The notes under the pieces were generated by a model. The model ran no database searches. It saw only the letters and a program-made list of their open reading frames with translations, and had not been told where the DNA came from. 64,000 nt of DNA from an uncultured Chlamydiae bacterium (GTDB lineage: Bacteria > Chlamydiota > Chlamydiia > Chlamydiales > SM23-39), in the NCBI GenBank assembly GCA_963828125.1, contig CAWHDP010000002.1, positions 1,600,001 through 1,664,000 on the forward strand. Reading direction: 5' to 3'. The position numbers were made by a program, and so were the translations under genes. Of the stretch, positions 40,816 to 51,014 are shown one piece after another (the stretch's first letter is position 1; each line of letters starts with the position of its first letter).

Positions 40816-40957
40816 GAACAGGATCTGCATGATCACACGTGGCATGATGAGTAGGATGATAGGCTATTCTGTATTCCAATTTCCTTTTCCCAAAGTTTAC
40901 CAATCATCCTAATTTATCTTGTTTATCATGCCACGTGTGATCATGCAAATCCTGTTC
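40816..40957. repeat. Long inverted repeat with 33-bp arms and 1 mismatch
   Basis: GAACAGGATCTGCATGATCACACGTGGCATGAT (40816-40848) vs 40925-40957. Confidence 0.85.
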
Positions 40958-41790
40958 TTGTCCCTTCTCCACAAACTCCCCATTTAATGAGTTCTCGTAT
41001 CCAGTAGAGCAAAATACCCATCCCTAGAAAACCTTCCCAATATTTCATCCTTTTCTCCCACCGTACGACCCATCGTCGATACTTCCTCTGCAACCACGAA
41101 ATGCCCCGCTCGACCTTCCATCGATATTTTTCCAACACTTTTAGTTGACCCTCCGACTTATGTCGCCCCAGGCGTCGATACGGAATGTATGGAAACACCT
41201 TCATGGCTAGAATTTGCAGCCGCAATTCCTCTGCATCATACCCCTTATCGGCCTCTACGATTGGCGTTATCCCTTGGGAAATAATTGGTTTTAACCATCC
41301 GCTGATTTTTTTTTAACAGCGGAATCACTTCCTTGCGTTCGTCGCCAGAGGCCCCCGTACTCGTAGCCTTAAGAGGTTGCCCAAGACCGTCAACAAGGAG
41401 ATGAGTAGTCATTCCCTTCCCCTTGTATCCATAGTCTACTTTTTCTCCACCTCCTTTCCCGGGAGAGAAAAATCTATCGATCGCCAATCGAGTTAAATCA
41501 ACCATTTTCCATTCGACGCAAACCCCCTCTAATGCAGTAAGAATGCGTTCTAAAATTCCGTTTTTTTTCCACTCTCCCAAGTATTTATGAGCGCAGGCTC
41601 TGGAAGCCCATTGATCACCGACTGGCACATCACACCAGCGGGCCCCCGTCGTCAATATCCAAATCAGGGTGTTCAGAATTTTTCTTGGATGAAGCGGTTG
41701 CTTACCTCTGAAAATAATCCCCCATTTATAGGGTATGAATGGCTCTACAACAGCCCATTCTTGATCGTTCAGTCCTATAAATTTACCCAT
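40941..41790 (-). pseudogene. IS5-family transposase, frameshifted at an A9 run
   Basis: LNDQEWAVVEPFIP, LIWILTTGARW, ADKGYD in the shifted frame, RWKVERGISWL..YRR.VVRWEK; T9 run at 41306-41314. Confidence 0.85.
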
Positions 41791-41926
41791 AGCCCACCTC
41801 CTGTAAAGTAAGTGGACATGATGTCATATAAAGATTTTATGTTCTATCTAAAGATATGCTCATATAAACAGCTGATTATAAGCCTGATATAGATTTATGA
41901 AAAAATCAACAAAGACCACTTGCATT

Positions 41927-41956
41927 TGTAAGAAAAATAGGCCAATATTTCTTACA
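41927..41956 (+). promoter_or_regulatory. Palindromic operator overlapping the start of the DUF6088 antitoxin gene
   Basis: TGTAAGAAAAATAGG / CCAATATTTCTTACA, 13 of 15 positions complementary. Confidence 0.55.
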
Positions 41957-42579
41957 TGAAGAAGAATCAAAAAAAATCGAATAGTATTGATCATCAAATA
42001 CTCAACGCAATAACAGCCCTTGGGCATGGTGCAGTATTTGTTCCAACGGACTTTTTGAGCCTTGGTAGTCGACAGACTGTCGACATTGTTCTTCACCGGC
42101 TCGTTCGAAAAGGAACGATTCGCCGCCTCGCAAGAGGAATATATGATTTTCCGAAAGTTCATCCTAAGCTTGGGAAACTTCAACCGTCTCCGGAAAAAAT
42201 AGCGGAGGCCTTAGTTGGCAGAGATTGCACACGTATTCAACCAACAGGCGCTTATGCGGCAAATATCCTAGGATTATCCGAACAAGTTCCTGCTAAAGTT
42301 GTATTTCTGACAGATGGGCCCAGTCGAACAGTAAAAATCGGCACGACAACCATTCAGCTGCGACGAACAACTCCCAAAAATATGGCGATGGCAGGACGAC
42401 TCAGCGGCCTTTTAGTTCAAGCGCTCCGTGAATTAGGTAAAGAAAATATCACCCTAAAACGACTTGAACATTTAAAGCGGACTATACCACTGGACGCACG
42501 ACAAGAGTTGCTTAAGGATATTCGATTTGCACCGGAATGGATGCATTCCATTTTCAAGGAATTAGCCGAGGAGGCTTGA
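41956..42579 (+). CDS. Type IV TA antitoxin, AbiEi-like (DUF6088 family)
   Basis: wHTH LHRLVRKGTIRRLARGIY; GAYAANILGLSEQVP..VVFLTDGPSR; upstream of an AbiEii-like gene. Confidence 0.85.
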   Translation: MKKNQKKSNSIDHQILNAITALGHGAVFVPTDFLSLGSRQTVDIVLHRLVRKGTIRRLARGIYDFPKVHPKLGKLQPSPEKIAEALVGRDCTRIQPTGAYAANILGLSEQVPAKVVFLTDGPSRTVKIGTTTIQLRRTTPKNMAMAGRLSGLLVQALRELGKENITLKRLEHLKRTIPLDARQELLKDIRFAPEWMHSIFKELAEEA

Positions 42580-42580
42580 A

Positions 42581-43659
42581 GTGAAACTTGACTTTTTAAA
42601 ACTACCCTCTGACGAACGACGCCTGTATATTGAACAAGCCGCCATTCAAAGAAACATATCCCCTGTAATCATGGAAAAAGATTTCTTCGTGTGCTGGTTG
42701 CTCAGCATTCTATTCGAGTCGGAGTTTGCCGACAGTCTTGTATTCAAAGGGGGAACTTCCCTATCAAAAATATTTGGCGCAATCAATCGGTTTTCTGAAG
42801 ATATCGATCTTTCGCTATCCCTACCTTTCTGGGGCTTCCTGAAACCGCTGCAAATCGCAGTCAAGCTGACAAATGGTGGAAAAAAGCTGAAGAGGCATGT
42901 GAAATGGCAGTTCAGACTCAGATGATGTCGATGTTAGAAGCATCAACATCAGGCCTATTAGGAAAAAATGAGCAGGCAAGATTCGAGTTTCTAAAAGACC
43001 CTCAAACCAAGTCACCGGTCATTCTTTTTCACTACCCATCATCGTTACCAACTGGGTTTGCCTATATCAGACGTTCTGTAAAACTTGAGTTCGGTTCCCT
43101 AACTGATCAGCAACCAACTGGGCGCCACACAATACGACCTTGGATTGCCGAGATTCTCCCCGCAGCCTTTCCCGATTGGCAATGTGAAGTCATAGCTCTA
43201 GAAATCGAACGAACTTTCTGGGAAAAGGCAACGATTCTACATGCAGAATATCATCGACCGCTCGACAAACCAATGCGAGATAGATTCTCTCGTCATTACG
43301 CTGATACCGCGGCGCTAGCAAACCATCCGGAGTCAATCAAAGCTATTGATCACCATGACCTCCGAGATAGAGTCGTCTTATGGAAAAATCTGTTCTTTCG
43401 TGACTCGTGGGCAAATTACACTGAAGCCAGACCCGGCACTTTCCATCTTGTTCCTAAAGCTGAAAAGCTGCCTGAATTGCGACGTGATTATCAGTTGATG
43501 CGCGACATGTATCTTGCTGAACCTGTGAATTTTGATGACATATTAAGCGCCTTGTCCAAATTAGAACATCGCATCAATCTCACAATACCTTTGCTTTCTC
43601 TAGGAGAAGCGCTAATCAAGCAAAAAGGAAATGAATTAGTGCAATCTGTGACGAAATGA
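42581..43659 (+). pseudogene. AbiEii/AbiGii nucleotidyltransferase toxin, frameshifted near 42820
   Basis: EKDF, FKGGTSLSK, RFSEDIDL; ERTFWEKATILH and SRHYAD in the second ORF; one base missing near TCCCTACC. Confidence 0.85.
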
Positions 43660-43706
43660 TAAGTGCCCACGAAATCCAATTGCCATAAAGCAGTTGCCAG
43701 AGTCTT

Positions 43707-44282
43707 TTAATTGGAGATTTGCCCTGTTTTCTCCTGAATATAGGGAATTGCTCGTTTAATCATCTCCGACTCATCTGCGTCTGCCCTATGCTGAAAGCGA
43801 ACTCCCTGTTGCTGCATGAGCGAAATTAACATGTTTGGCTCGAGCCATTCGATTGTACTACTAGCTTCTGGATCGGCAAAGTCTCGGTTTTCTGGATTCC
43901 ATTGAACTAGCTGACAAGCGATATACAACGTCGTTTTTTCAAAAGGGAGTCGAGGATCGGGAAGATACCCTGATAGGCTACCTAGAAAAGCCACAGGTTG
44001 AGCATCTGCTCCAAATTCTTCTTTCAAACCTCGACATAAAGTTGTCAGAGGCGTTTCGTTATCTTCCATGCTTTCTCGCATCAAAATGTAAATATCTTTA
44101 TGGCCTAGAATTTCACTGAAGTGATGACAAGCAATTCGACCATTTTGATCAAAGAGCACGGCTCCTATCGATAGGTGATAAGGCTGTTTTTGACTGGCTT
44201 GAAAGAAAGGCTTGTTTTCTGTTGAAAATAGAGAAATGCTTGAAAGCATCAGAAGAGCCATCATTATTTTTAGTCTTTTCAT
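43707..44282 (-). CDS. NUDIX-fold protein with signal peptide and degenerate Nudix box
   Basis: MKRLKIMMALLMLSSISLFS leader; SIGAVLFD; ESMEDNETPLTTLCRGLKEEFG. Confidence 0.7.
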   Translation of the reverse strand: MKRLKIMMALLMLSSISLFSTENKPFFQASQKQPYHLSIGAVLFDQNGRIACHHFSEILGHKDIYILMRESMEDNETPLTTLCRGLKEEFGADAQPVAFLGSLSGYLPDPRLPFEKTTLYIACQLVQWNPENRDFADPEASSTIEWLEPNMLISLMQQQGVRFQHRADADESEMIKRAIPYIQEKTGQISN

Positions 44283-44374
44283 GAAAAATCCCCCTTGAAT
44301 ATCAACGGATACATCTTAGGCCTAATCCCTTTAAATTTCCAATAAAACTCTCGTTTTTTTACAATGGTATAATC

Positions 44375-44747
44375 ATGAAGAGAAAAATATTTTGGACTGG
44401 TCTGGTTGTCGTATTAATGGCGTTTTCTTATGCTTCCTTCGCATGGTTCAAGAGCCATCGGTCTTCACAAATTTTAGGAAAATGCATTCATCGTGTAAAT
44501 ACTCCGATGAAAGTGGTTGCCTTAACTTTTGACGATGGTCCTTCCCAGCACACAGAAGAGTTTAAAAATTCTTCATTCGAAGGGAGTACCCGCGACCTTC
44601 TTTTTGCTAGGACAAAATGCCGAGCGGTTCCCAGCCCTCGCGCGGCAAATTCATGAGGAAGGCCATGAAATTGGCAATCATAGCTATTCTCACCATCCTC
44701 TTATTTTTAAATCACTTGCATTTATAAGGGAGGAAACAGAAAAATAA
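44375..44747 (+). pseudogene. Polysaccharide (NodB-type) deacetylase, frameshifted and truncated
   Basis: VALTFDDGP in one frame; ATFFLLG and GHEIGNHSYSH in the next; ends prematurely. Confidence 0.85.
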
Positions 44748-44761
44748 TGGGTTAGGAAATG

Positions 44762-44801
44762 AAAAAGCCGAAGACATTGCCATTTCTGAAAATGTCTCCG
44801 G
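44762..44801 (-). terminator. Intrinsic terminator downstream of the tRNA-Phe fragment
   Basis: Minus strand CCGGAGACATT...AATGTCTTCGG followed by CTTTTT. Confidence 0.55.
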
Positions 44802-44806
44802 TGATG

Positions 44807-44854
44807 TGGCCAGAACTGGAATCGAACCAGCGACACAAGGATTTTCAGTCCCCT
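44807..44854 (-). other. 3' half of tRNA-Phe(GAA), att-like remnant
   Basis: AGGGGACTGAAAATCCTTGTGTCGCTGGTTCGATTCCAGTTCTGGCCA: anticodon arm, T arm and 3' acceptor strand; no D arm or 5' acceptor strand upstream. Confidence 0.85.
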
Positions 44855-44914
44855 CGGGACCGCTTCCTTCTCTCGCCTTTGGTTTCCTAAAATTACCCAA
44901 GGTGATTCAATTCT

Positions 44915-46214
44915 CAGGGCGATTTAACTAAAATTTTTTGATAACAGATCTGGTAACATGGCATAGTAAATACCTCATATTTAAGGAGGTCCTATGTCAC
45001 GACGTAAACCGATTGATGCCAAAATCCTAGAAGCCAGTAAGGAATTCGACGCGCATATATTTGCAGAGACTGTCAAGGGGTCGTTTTTCGATTTCCCTGA
45101 TTATCGACGCAACCAAAAACGAGTCTTGTACCCCGTTTGGTACCTATCCCTTGTGATTCTCTGCGGGTTCTTTTGCGGGTGCAATACTATCGAGGAAATT
45201 GCCGAATATGCCCATCTACAAGAGGAATGGTTTGCCTCGCTACTAGGAGAACCGGTTTCAGCTCCTTCCCATGGATCGCTTTGGTGGTTTTTAGTCAAAA
45301 CACCCCCGAACGCTCTCAAGAGCTATTTACAAAAATGGTTCAGTAAAATTCCTAGTTCATTGCGCGATCAACTGTTGGCGATCGACGGCAAAAGACTGAG
45401 GGGGGCTAATTTTTTGGGCCGCATTACCCATGTAGTAGAGTTGTTCGCTGCAGAAGATCGTCTATGTCTTGCCGCAGAAAAAGTCCCCGATAAAACGGTC
45501 GAGAAGAGCACACTGCCAATTATTTTGGAGCAGGTGGATGTAGAAGGTGCGATTATTTCGGGCGATGCTCATTTTACCGTACCTGAATCAGCAGCAAAAA
45601 TCGTTGATGCAAAAGCAGATTATCTGTTGGCTGTTAAAGAAAACCAGCCCACTCTTTGCGCTGAGTTGGAAAATTTTTTCGATCAGGCACATGCAGCCGA
45701 ATGGGAGGAAATCTCACATTCATTTTACCAGGAAGTCGAAAAAGGTCATGGTCGAATCGATATTCGAGAAGTACGAGTCGTAGAGGACTTGGATTGGCTG
45801 CCTAATGTTGACAGATGGAAGAACTTGGTCTGCCTGGTCGAAGTACGATCCACAAGGCAAAAAACCGGATCAACCGCAAGCGAGACGTTAAGACGGCTGT
45901 ATATTTCGAGTCGTCGAGCATCTGCCAAGCATTTTGCTAAGTGGACCAGGCAGCATTGGCACGTAGAAAACAATTGCCATTGGGTAGCTGATGTGATCTT
46001 TAGAGAGGATGATGTGTTGATGGACAGAGGAAATAGCGCAGAAAATTTGGGGTTGTTTCGTCGCTTAGCTATGAATATGGCTGCAGTTGCAGATCCGGAT
46101 AGAGGGCTTGCCTCTGTGAGACGAGCAGCGACTTTCGGTAGCGGATATCTGAAAGGAATATTGGTAAGATTTTTCTGTTCAGGCGTATCAAAAAATTTTA
46201 GTTAAATCGCCCTG
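44915..46214 (+). mobile_element. Complete ISAs1-family IS (1300 bp)
   Basis: Perfect 29-bp IRs CAGGGCGATTTAACTAAAATTTTTTGATA; 10-bp target duplication ATTCAATTCT. Confidence 0.95.
44994..46205 (+). CDS. ISAs1-family transposase
   Basis: AIDGKRLRG, GDAHF, AVKENQ, EKGHGRID, RQHWHVEN..HW..DV.FRED. Confidence 0.95.
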   Translation: MSRRKPIDAKILEASKEFDAHIFAETVKGSFFDFPDYRRNQKRVLYPVWYLSLVILCGFFCGCNTIEEIAEYAHLQEEWFASLLGEPVSAPSHGSLWWFLVKTPPNALKSYLQKWFSKIPSSLRDQLLAIDGKRLRGANFLGRITHVVELFAAEDRLCLAAEKVPDKTVEKSTLPIILEQVDVEGAIISGDAHFTVPESAAKIVDAKADYLLAVKENQPTLCAELENFFDQAHAAEWEEISHSFYQEVEKGHGRIDIREVRVVEDLDWLPNVDRWKNLVCLVEVRSTRQKTGSTASETLRRLYISSRRASAKHFAKWTRQHWHVENNCHWVADVIFREDDVLMDRGNSAENLGLFRRLAMNMAAVADPDRGLASVRRAATFGSGYLKGILVRFFCSGVSKNFS

Positions 46215-46340
46215 ATTCAATTCTATGGTGAACTTTAGATTCTTGGCTACACTTTCTTGGAAATCCAGAGCAACCAAAATCAACCGCCGGAAATCTGCAA
46301 CTCCGTTGAATTTCCGTTATTTTTACGTAGGAAGTAGAGT

Positions 46341-47314
46341 CTATGATTGCTTCTTAGGCTCATCTAAATCGATTTTTGCTTTATGACCATGCTTTTCAAG
46401 CAATTGTAATAGATTTCCTCCGTTGAAAAGCGTCAGAGGCTTGCCATTAGCAAAGCTGTAAGAGTCCGGTCCAAAATCGGAGGTAGTAACAAGAATCCCC
46501 TTGTTAGCCCCCTCATTTAGGACGGTTCCGTATAGATCTCGAACTGCACTAACTCCAACAGGATTCGTATAACGTTTAGCCTGAATAACAATCTTTCCAC
46601 CATGAATAGGATCAGGATTAAATATTACAGCATCAACACCTCCATCTCTACTCGCGCGGGTGACTTTAACCTCACAACCATCTTTTGAAAACTCTTTTTC
46701 AAAAAGCTCTCTAATCAAATGCTCAAAATCTTCCCAATCCATCGTCGCAAGATTGAACGTCTCTTCAAGCTCATTAGCCACATCATAACCTTGAACAAAA
46801 CGATGATCTGGTTTTTGAATCTGCAAAATAGGAGTAATAGCAGCCAGGCTAAAAAGTTTGGAACTTCCAATTCCTTTTAGAAATTTGAAACACATTTTAG
46901 GATCAATATTTAATAAATTAATCATCTGAAATTCATTTTTTTTGCAGTGCAACGACATAACGCATGGGTTAATTTCTTGACCTGTACTTCTATTGATCGA
47001 TCGAACCCAACCATTGAAAATCACTGCTTCTGTCGCATTTGCTGAATCAGCTCTAAATATCTCGTAAACAGTGCGAAGTGTGATTTGATACAACACATCA
47101 TCATACAACTTAGAATGATCAGAACTGCTCATTGATTTTTCAACAATTTCATTTCGAGATTTATTATATTTATACTCTTTTGAATTATTTATTAAATCAG
47201 GACCAGGCAAACAATAATCAACAAGAATAGTTTTTGTTTCTTGTACATATTCAACTCTAAAATCCTTAGGAAAATATTCCGGATATTCAGAAATCTCAAG
47301 AATCGTTGAAAAAT
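46341..47314 (-). pseudogene. Mrr-like restriction endonuclease, 5'-truncated by ISAs1
   Basis: MDWEDFEHLIRELF, SRDGGVDA, IVIQAKRY, VSAVRDLYG, KGILVTTS; frame stays open up to the IS end at 47315. Confidence 0.85.
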
Positions 47315-48267
47315 CAGGGCGTTCTGATGAAAAAGATTTGACAGGTTTCTCAAGTTTTTCTTGATCGTTAATTGAATTTTTATGTTTTCATTTCTCCAAC
47401 AGGAGAATGAAACCATGCCCAAACGACCGACAAAAGACCCTAAGTTTGCTGAATTAAAACAGGATGTTGATTTAGAGCAGTTTGCAGCTTCCGTTAGAGG
47501 AGCTTTCCAAGATGCTGATGATCCAAGGCAGGTCGTTAAGACGAGATACCCATTCTGGTTTTTGATGCTACTTTTGCTCTGTGGATACCTCAGCGGTTGC
47601 AATACTGTGTCGGATTTAACCATCTATGCCGAGCTTAATATTGGGTGGATCAATACGCTGATCAAACAGACGTTTACAGCGCCGTCCTATGACACACTAT
47701 GGTGGCTCCTTGTAAGATTATCGCCGGCTACCTTCAAACTGCTGCTTCAGAAATGGTTTGCAAATATTCCTCAACAATTCCGTGATCAACTACTTATCAT
47801 TGACGGCAAGCGTCTAAAAGGGGCATCTACCGATGAGCATATGGTGCATCTTGTCGAGCTGTTCGCTGCCGAACAAAGACTGGTGTTGGCTCAGGAGAAA
47901 GTACCCGACAAATCATCTGAACCAAAAGTTGTCGAGGCTCTGCTAAAAGACATTGATGTGAGTGGGGCTCTGATTTCGACGGATGCGCTGTTTGCCCATA
48001 TTGCACATGCCCAGAAGTTTTTGGATCACGACGCCGATTATTTGATTGGACTCAAAGGAAACCAGGGCAATTTCCATGCGGAAACGAAGAACTTTTTCGA
48101 TCAAGCTCGAGATGTTGACTACGAAGAGGTCGATGTGGAGCGATTTATTTCGTTAGAAAAAGGCCATGGCCGGATTGAGCAACGATCGATATGTCAGGCG
48201 ACAGTGTAAAATGACCCCCTTTCGACATTGAAAAGTGACCCACCCCCTATTTGAAGTGAGAGTAAGC

Positions 48268-49557
48268 ATGGAACCCAATAAAATCTCTGCTGTTGTAACA
48301 GGAGACAGTAAAGAGAGAATGGAACCACCTAATGTCGTAGAGAAAATTTTATATTTGTCATCAGAAGGGTGGGGTAAAAGACGGATTGCCAAAGAGCTTG
48401 GAATTAGTGCCAATACCGTTAAACACTACCGGCGACAAGGGAAATGGCGCCCGTATAATATTCCCAAAAGAATTAAGAGGCTGGAAGCATTAGATGTCTG
48501 GCTCGAAGAAATGTTTAACCTCCATAAAGGTAATGCAGAGGTTATCCGCCAAGAGTTGGTTCGTCAACACAATCTGCAAGCTGATCTACGCACTGTCGAA
48601 AGAGCAGTTAAACTATTTAGACAAAGGGCCTTTGCTTCAGCAAAGGCGACGATTCGGTTTGAGACGCCGCCGGGCAAGCAGATGCAAATTGACTTTGGAT
48701 CGGTTACTATCAAGATTGCAGGAGAGCCGAAGAAGATCTATTTTTTCGCGGCAGTTCTTGGTTTTTCACGCCGCCAATATATACAGGCCTTTATCCATGA
48801 ACGACAATCGGCCTGGTTTGAGGGGCTTGAAGGAGCCTTTAACCATTTTGGAGGGATCCCATCAGAAGTCTTAATGGACAATCCAAAGCCACTTGTTATC
48901 AGTCACAACCCGCAGACACGAGAAGTGGTGTTCAATGAACGCCTACATGCGTTTGCTAACTATTGGAAATTCAAGCCCAAAGCATGCGCCCCTTATAGAG
49001 CAAGAACGAAGGGGAAGGACGAAAACACGGTCAAATATTTTAAGTATAATGGAATTGCCGGAAGGGAGTTCTCAAGCTGGGAGGCTCTTGGCGAACATAT
49101 CGTTTGGTGGATGAGAGATATTTCAGACCTCAGAATCCATGGGACTACTGGAGAAAAACCAATCGATCGCTTTGAGAAAGAAGAAAAAGCTGTTCTTCAA
49201 CCGCTAAATGGGAAGCCACCTTTCTACTTGGGAAGAGAGATGCAAAGATCGGTCCATACGGATGCTTGTGTGGAGGTGGATACAAATTTTTACAGTGTGC
49301 CATGGCACTTCATTAAAAAAGAGGTCACAGTACAATTAACCGAAACTGAAGTCAAAATCCTCTATGATGCTGACGAAATAGCCCGTCACCCTGTCTGCAT
49401 AGGAGAGAGGCAACGCTCCATCAATCCTCATCATTTAAAGGGAATCGTAGGGGCTAATTGGTGCATGAAAACGGAAGTTCCAAATGCTCCAATCAAACCT
49501 GCCGAGCTGCTTCGTCCTCTTACCGAGTATGAAGCTATTACCGGAGGAGGTTGGTAA
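48268..49557 (+). CDS. istA: IS21 transposase IstA
   Basis: RFETPPGKQMQIDFG, LMDNPK, RTKGKDE, RIHGTT; start codon uncertain. Confidence 0.93.
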   Translation: MEPNKISAVVTGDSKERMEPPNVVEKILYLSSEGWGKRRIAKELGISANTVKHYRRQGKWRPYNIPKRIKRLEALDVWLEEMFNLHKGNAEVIRQELVRQHNLQADLRTVERAVKLFRQRAFASAKATIRFETPPGKQMQIDFGSVTIKIAGEPKKIYFFAAVLGFSRRQYIQAFIHERQSAWFEGLEGAFNHFGGIPSEVLMDNPKPLVISHNPQTREVVFNERLHAFANYWKFKPKACAPYRARTKGKDENTVKYFKYNGIAGREFSSWEALGEHIVWWMRDISDLRIHGTTGEKPIDRFEKEEKAVLQPLNGKPPFYLGREMQRSVHTDACVEVDTNFYSVPWHFIKKEVTVQLTETEVKILYDADEIARHPVCIGERQRSINPHHLKGIVGANWCMKTEVPNAPIKPAELLRPLTEYEAITGGGW

Positions 49558-50348
49558 TGACCATCAATCATGAAAATCTTGTAGCTACACTCCACCGATT
49601 GAAACTTTCAACTATCCGAGACAAACTCGACAACCTTCTCGATGAAGCATCTCGTAAGAAAATGAATTTACGAGAAGCTCTAGCTTTTTTTTGCGAACAA
49701 GAAATGCAGCAGAGAGAACACACCCGTAATCGCCGTGGATTCTCGATGGCTAAATTCCCCTATGCAAGAACTCTTGAACAGTTTGATTTTAGTGCGCAGC
49801 CATCATTGGATGCCGGTCAAATACGCGAACTTGGAACTTGTCGTTGGATTGCCAATGGAGATGCTCTTCTGTTATTAGGCCCTCCTGGAGTTGGGAAAAC
49901 TCATTTAGCTGTTGCGCTTGGCAATGAAGCCATTCGGTTAGGATACACAGTTCTTTTTACTCCGGCGACCACTCTTTTGACCCAGCTCGCTCGGGCTCAC
50001 CAAGAAGGTCGTCTTGAAGACAGGATTGTTTGGTATTCGAAACCCAAATTGCTGATTATCGATGAACTTGGATATCTTCCCTTTGATCCGAAAGCGGCTC
50101 ATTTATTTTTTCAGTTGATCTCCCGACGATACGAGAAAGGAAGTACCTTAATTACGAGTAATCGTTCAGTCAGCGAATGGGGGGAAGTTTTTGGCGATAC
50201 TGTAGTTGCAACAGCAATTTTAGATCGCCTCTTGCATCACAGCCATGTAGTCACTATTCGCGGAGAAAGTTATCGGCTGAAAGAAAAACGAAAATCTGGA
50301 TTGGTTAAAACAACAGTCCTTCAATCGGAGACTCCAGAAGGGAAGTAA
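49557..50348 (+). CDS. istB: IS21 helper ATPase IstB
   Basis: GPPGVGKTHLA, LLIIDELGY, ITSNR, AILDRLLHH, GESYR. Confidence 0.95.
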   Translation: MTINHENLVATLHRLKLSTIRDKLDNLLDEASRKKMNLREALAFFCEQEMQQREHTRNRRGFSMAKFPYARTLEQFDFSAQPSLDAGQIRELGTCRWIANGDALLLLGPPGVGKTHLAVALGNEAIRLGYTVLFTPATTLLTQLARAHQEGRLEDRIVWYSKPKLLIIDELGYLPFDPKAAHLFFQLISRRYEKGSTLITSNRSVSEWGEVFGDTVVATAILDRLLHHSHVVTIRGESYRLKEKRKSGLVKTTVLQSETPEGK

Positions 50349-51014
50349 AAAATTTAGTTTTCGCCCCTCCCCCATGGGGGAGGGGGCCTCCTCTCTCCTT
50401 CGGTGGAAGAGAAGTATTGTGCCTCAGCACCAACTCAGAGCTTTGCATATCCTCTGACTACCGCTAAAGCACCAATATGGCTGTCGTTAGGCAGCCTTAG
50501 TCATTAAAAAAAAGATTGGGGGTGGGTCACTTTTCAATGTCGCCGGTGGGTCACTTTCTGGTGTCGCTTGACACGATATGTGTATGCACAGCTCTGGATT
50601 GGTTACCTCAAGCAAGCACTTGGCCCGGGCTAAAGACCATTGTCGAAGTGCTGTCCGAAAGAGAGATAGATAACAAGAAAACTTCTGAAATCCGGTACTA
50701 CTTTTCGAGTCGCAGAGCGACAGCGAAAGAATTTGCAGGATGGATTCGAGGTCATTGGTCAATCGAGAATCCGTTACATTGGGTATTGGATGTGATTTTT
50801 AGGGAAGATCCCGCCCAAGCAAAGATCGGATTCATTGCCGAAAATATGGCATTTTTTAGGCGGCTGTCGATGAATATCATAAAAACTGCAGACCCTGGTC
50901 GTGGGTTTGCTGATGCTCGAAGATTTTGCACCTACGAGCCAAAATATTTGAGAGGAATTTTGAGCAAGATATTTGTGGGATAGTCTATCAAATCTTTTTC
51001 ATCAGAAGGCCCTG

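Larger units (their letters stand above)
40735..41862 (-). mobile_element. IS5-family insertion sequence
   Basis: Imperfect terminal IRs TGAACCTATCTTCAG / TGAGCATATCTTTAG (reverse complement), TA on both flanks, IS5-type transposase inside. Confidence 0.7.
48192..50573 (+). mobile_element. IS21-family IS, copy 1
   Basis: TG...CA ends (TGTCAGGCGACA / TGTCGCTTGACA), repeated AAA(G)TGACCC motifs at both ends, 5-bp target duplication CGATA. Confidence 0.95.
47415..50983 (+). pseudogene. ISAs1 transposase disrupted by IS21
   Basis: IDGKRLKG...EKGHGRIEQRSI | CVCTALDWL...RGHWSIEN rejoin once IS21 is removed. Confidence 0.9.
47315..51014 (+). mobile_element. Second ISAs1-family IS (copy A), interrupted by IS21
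   Basis: IRs CAGGGCGTTCTGATGAAAAAGATTTGA / CAGGGCCTTCTGATGAAAAAGATTTGA; transposase split 47415-48191 and 50574-50983; no flanking direct repeat. Confidence 0.92.

Noticed and set aside
41300..41320. Programmed -1 frameshift in the IS5 transposase
   Set aside because: The downstream frame is +1 relative to the upstream one at the A9 run, which fits an indel or transcriptional slippage better than classical -1 frameshifting
44807..44880. Functional tRNA-Phe gene
   Set aside because: The D arm and 5' acceptor strand are missing; only the 3' ~48 nt match
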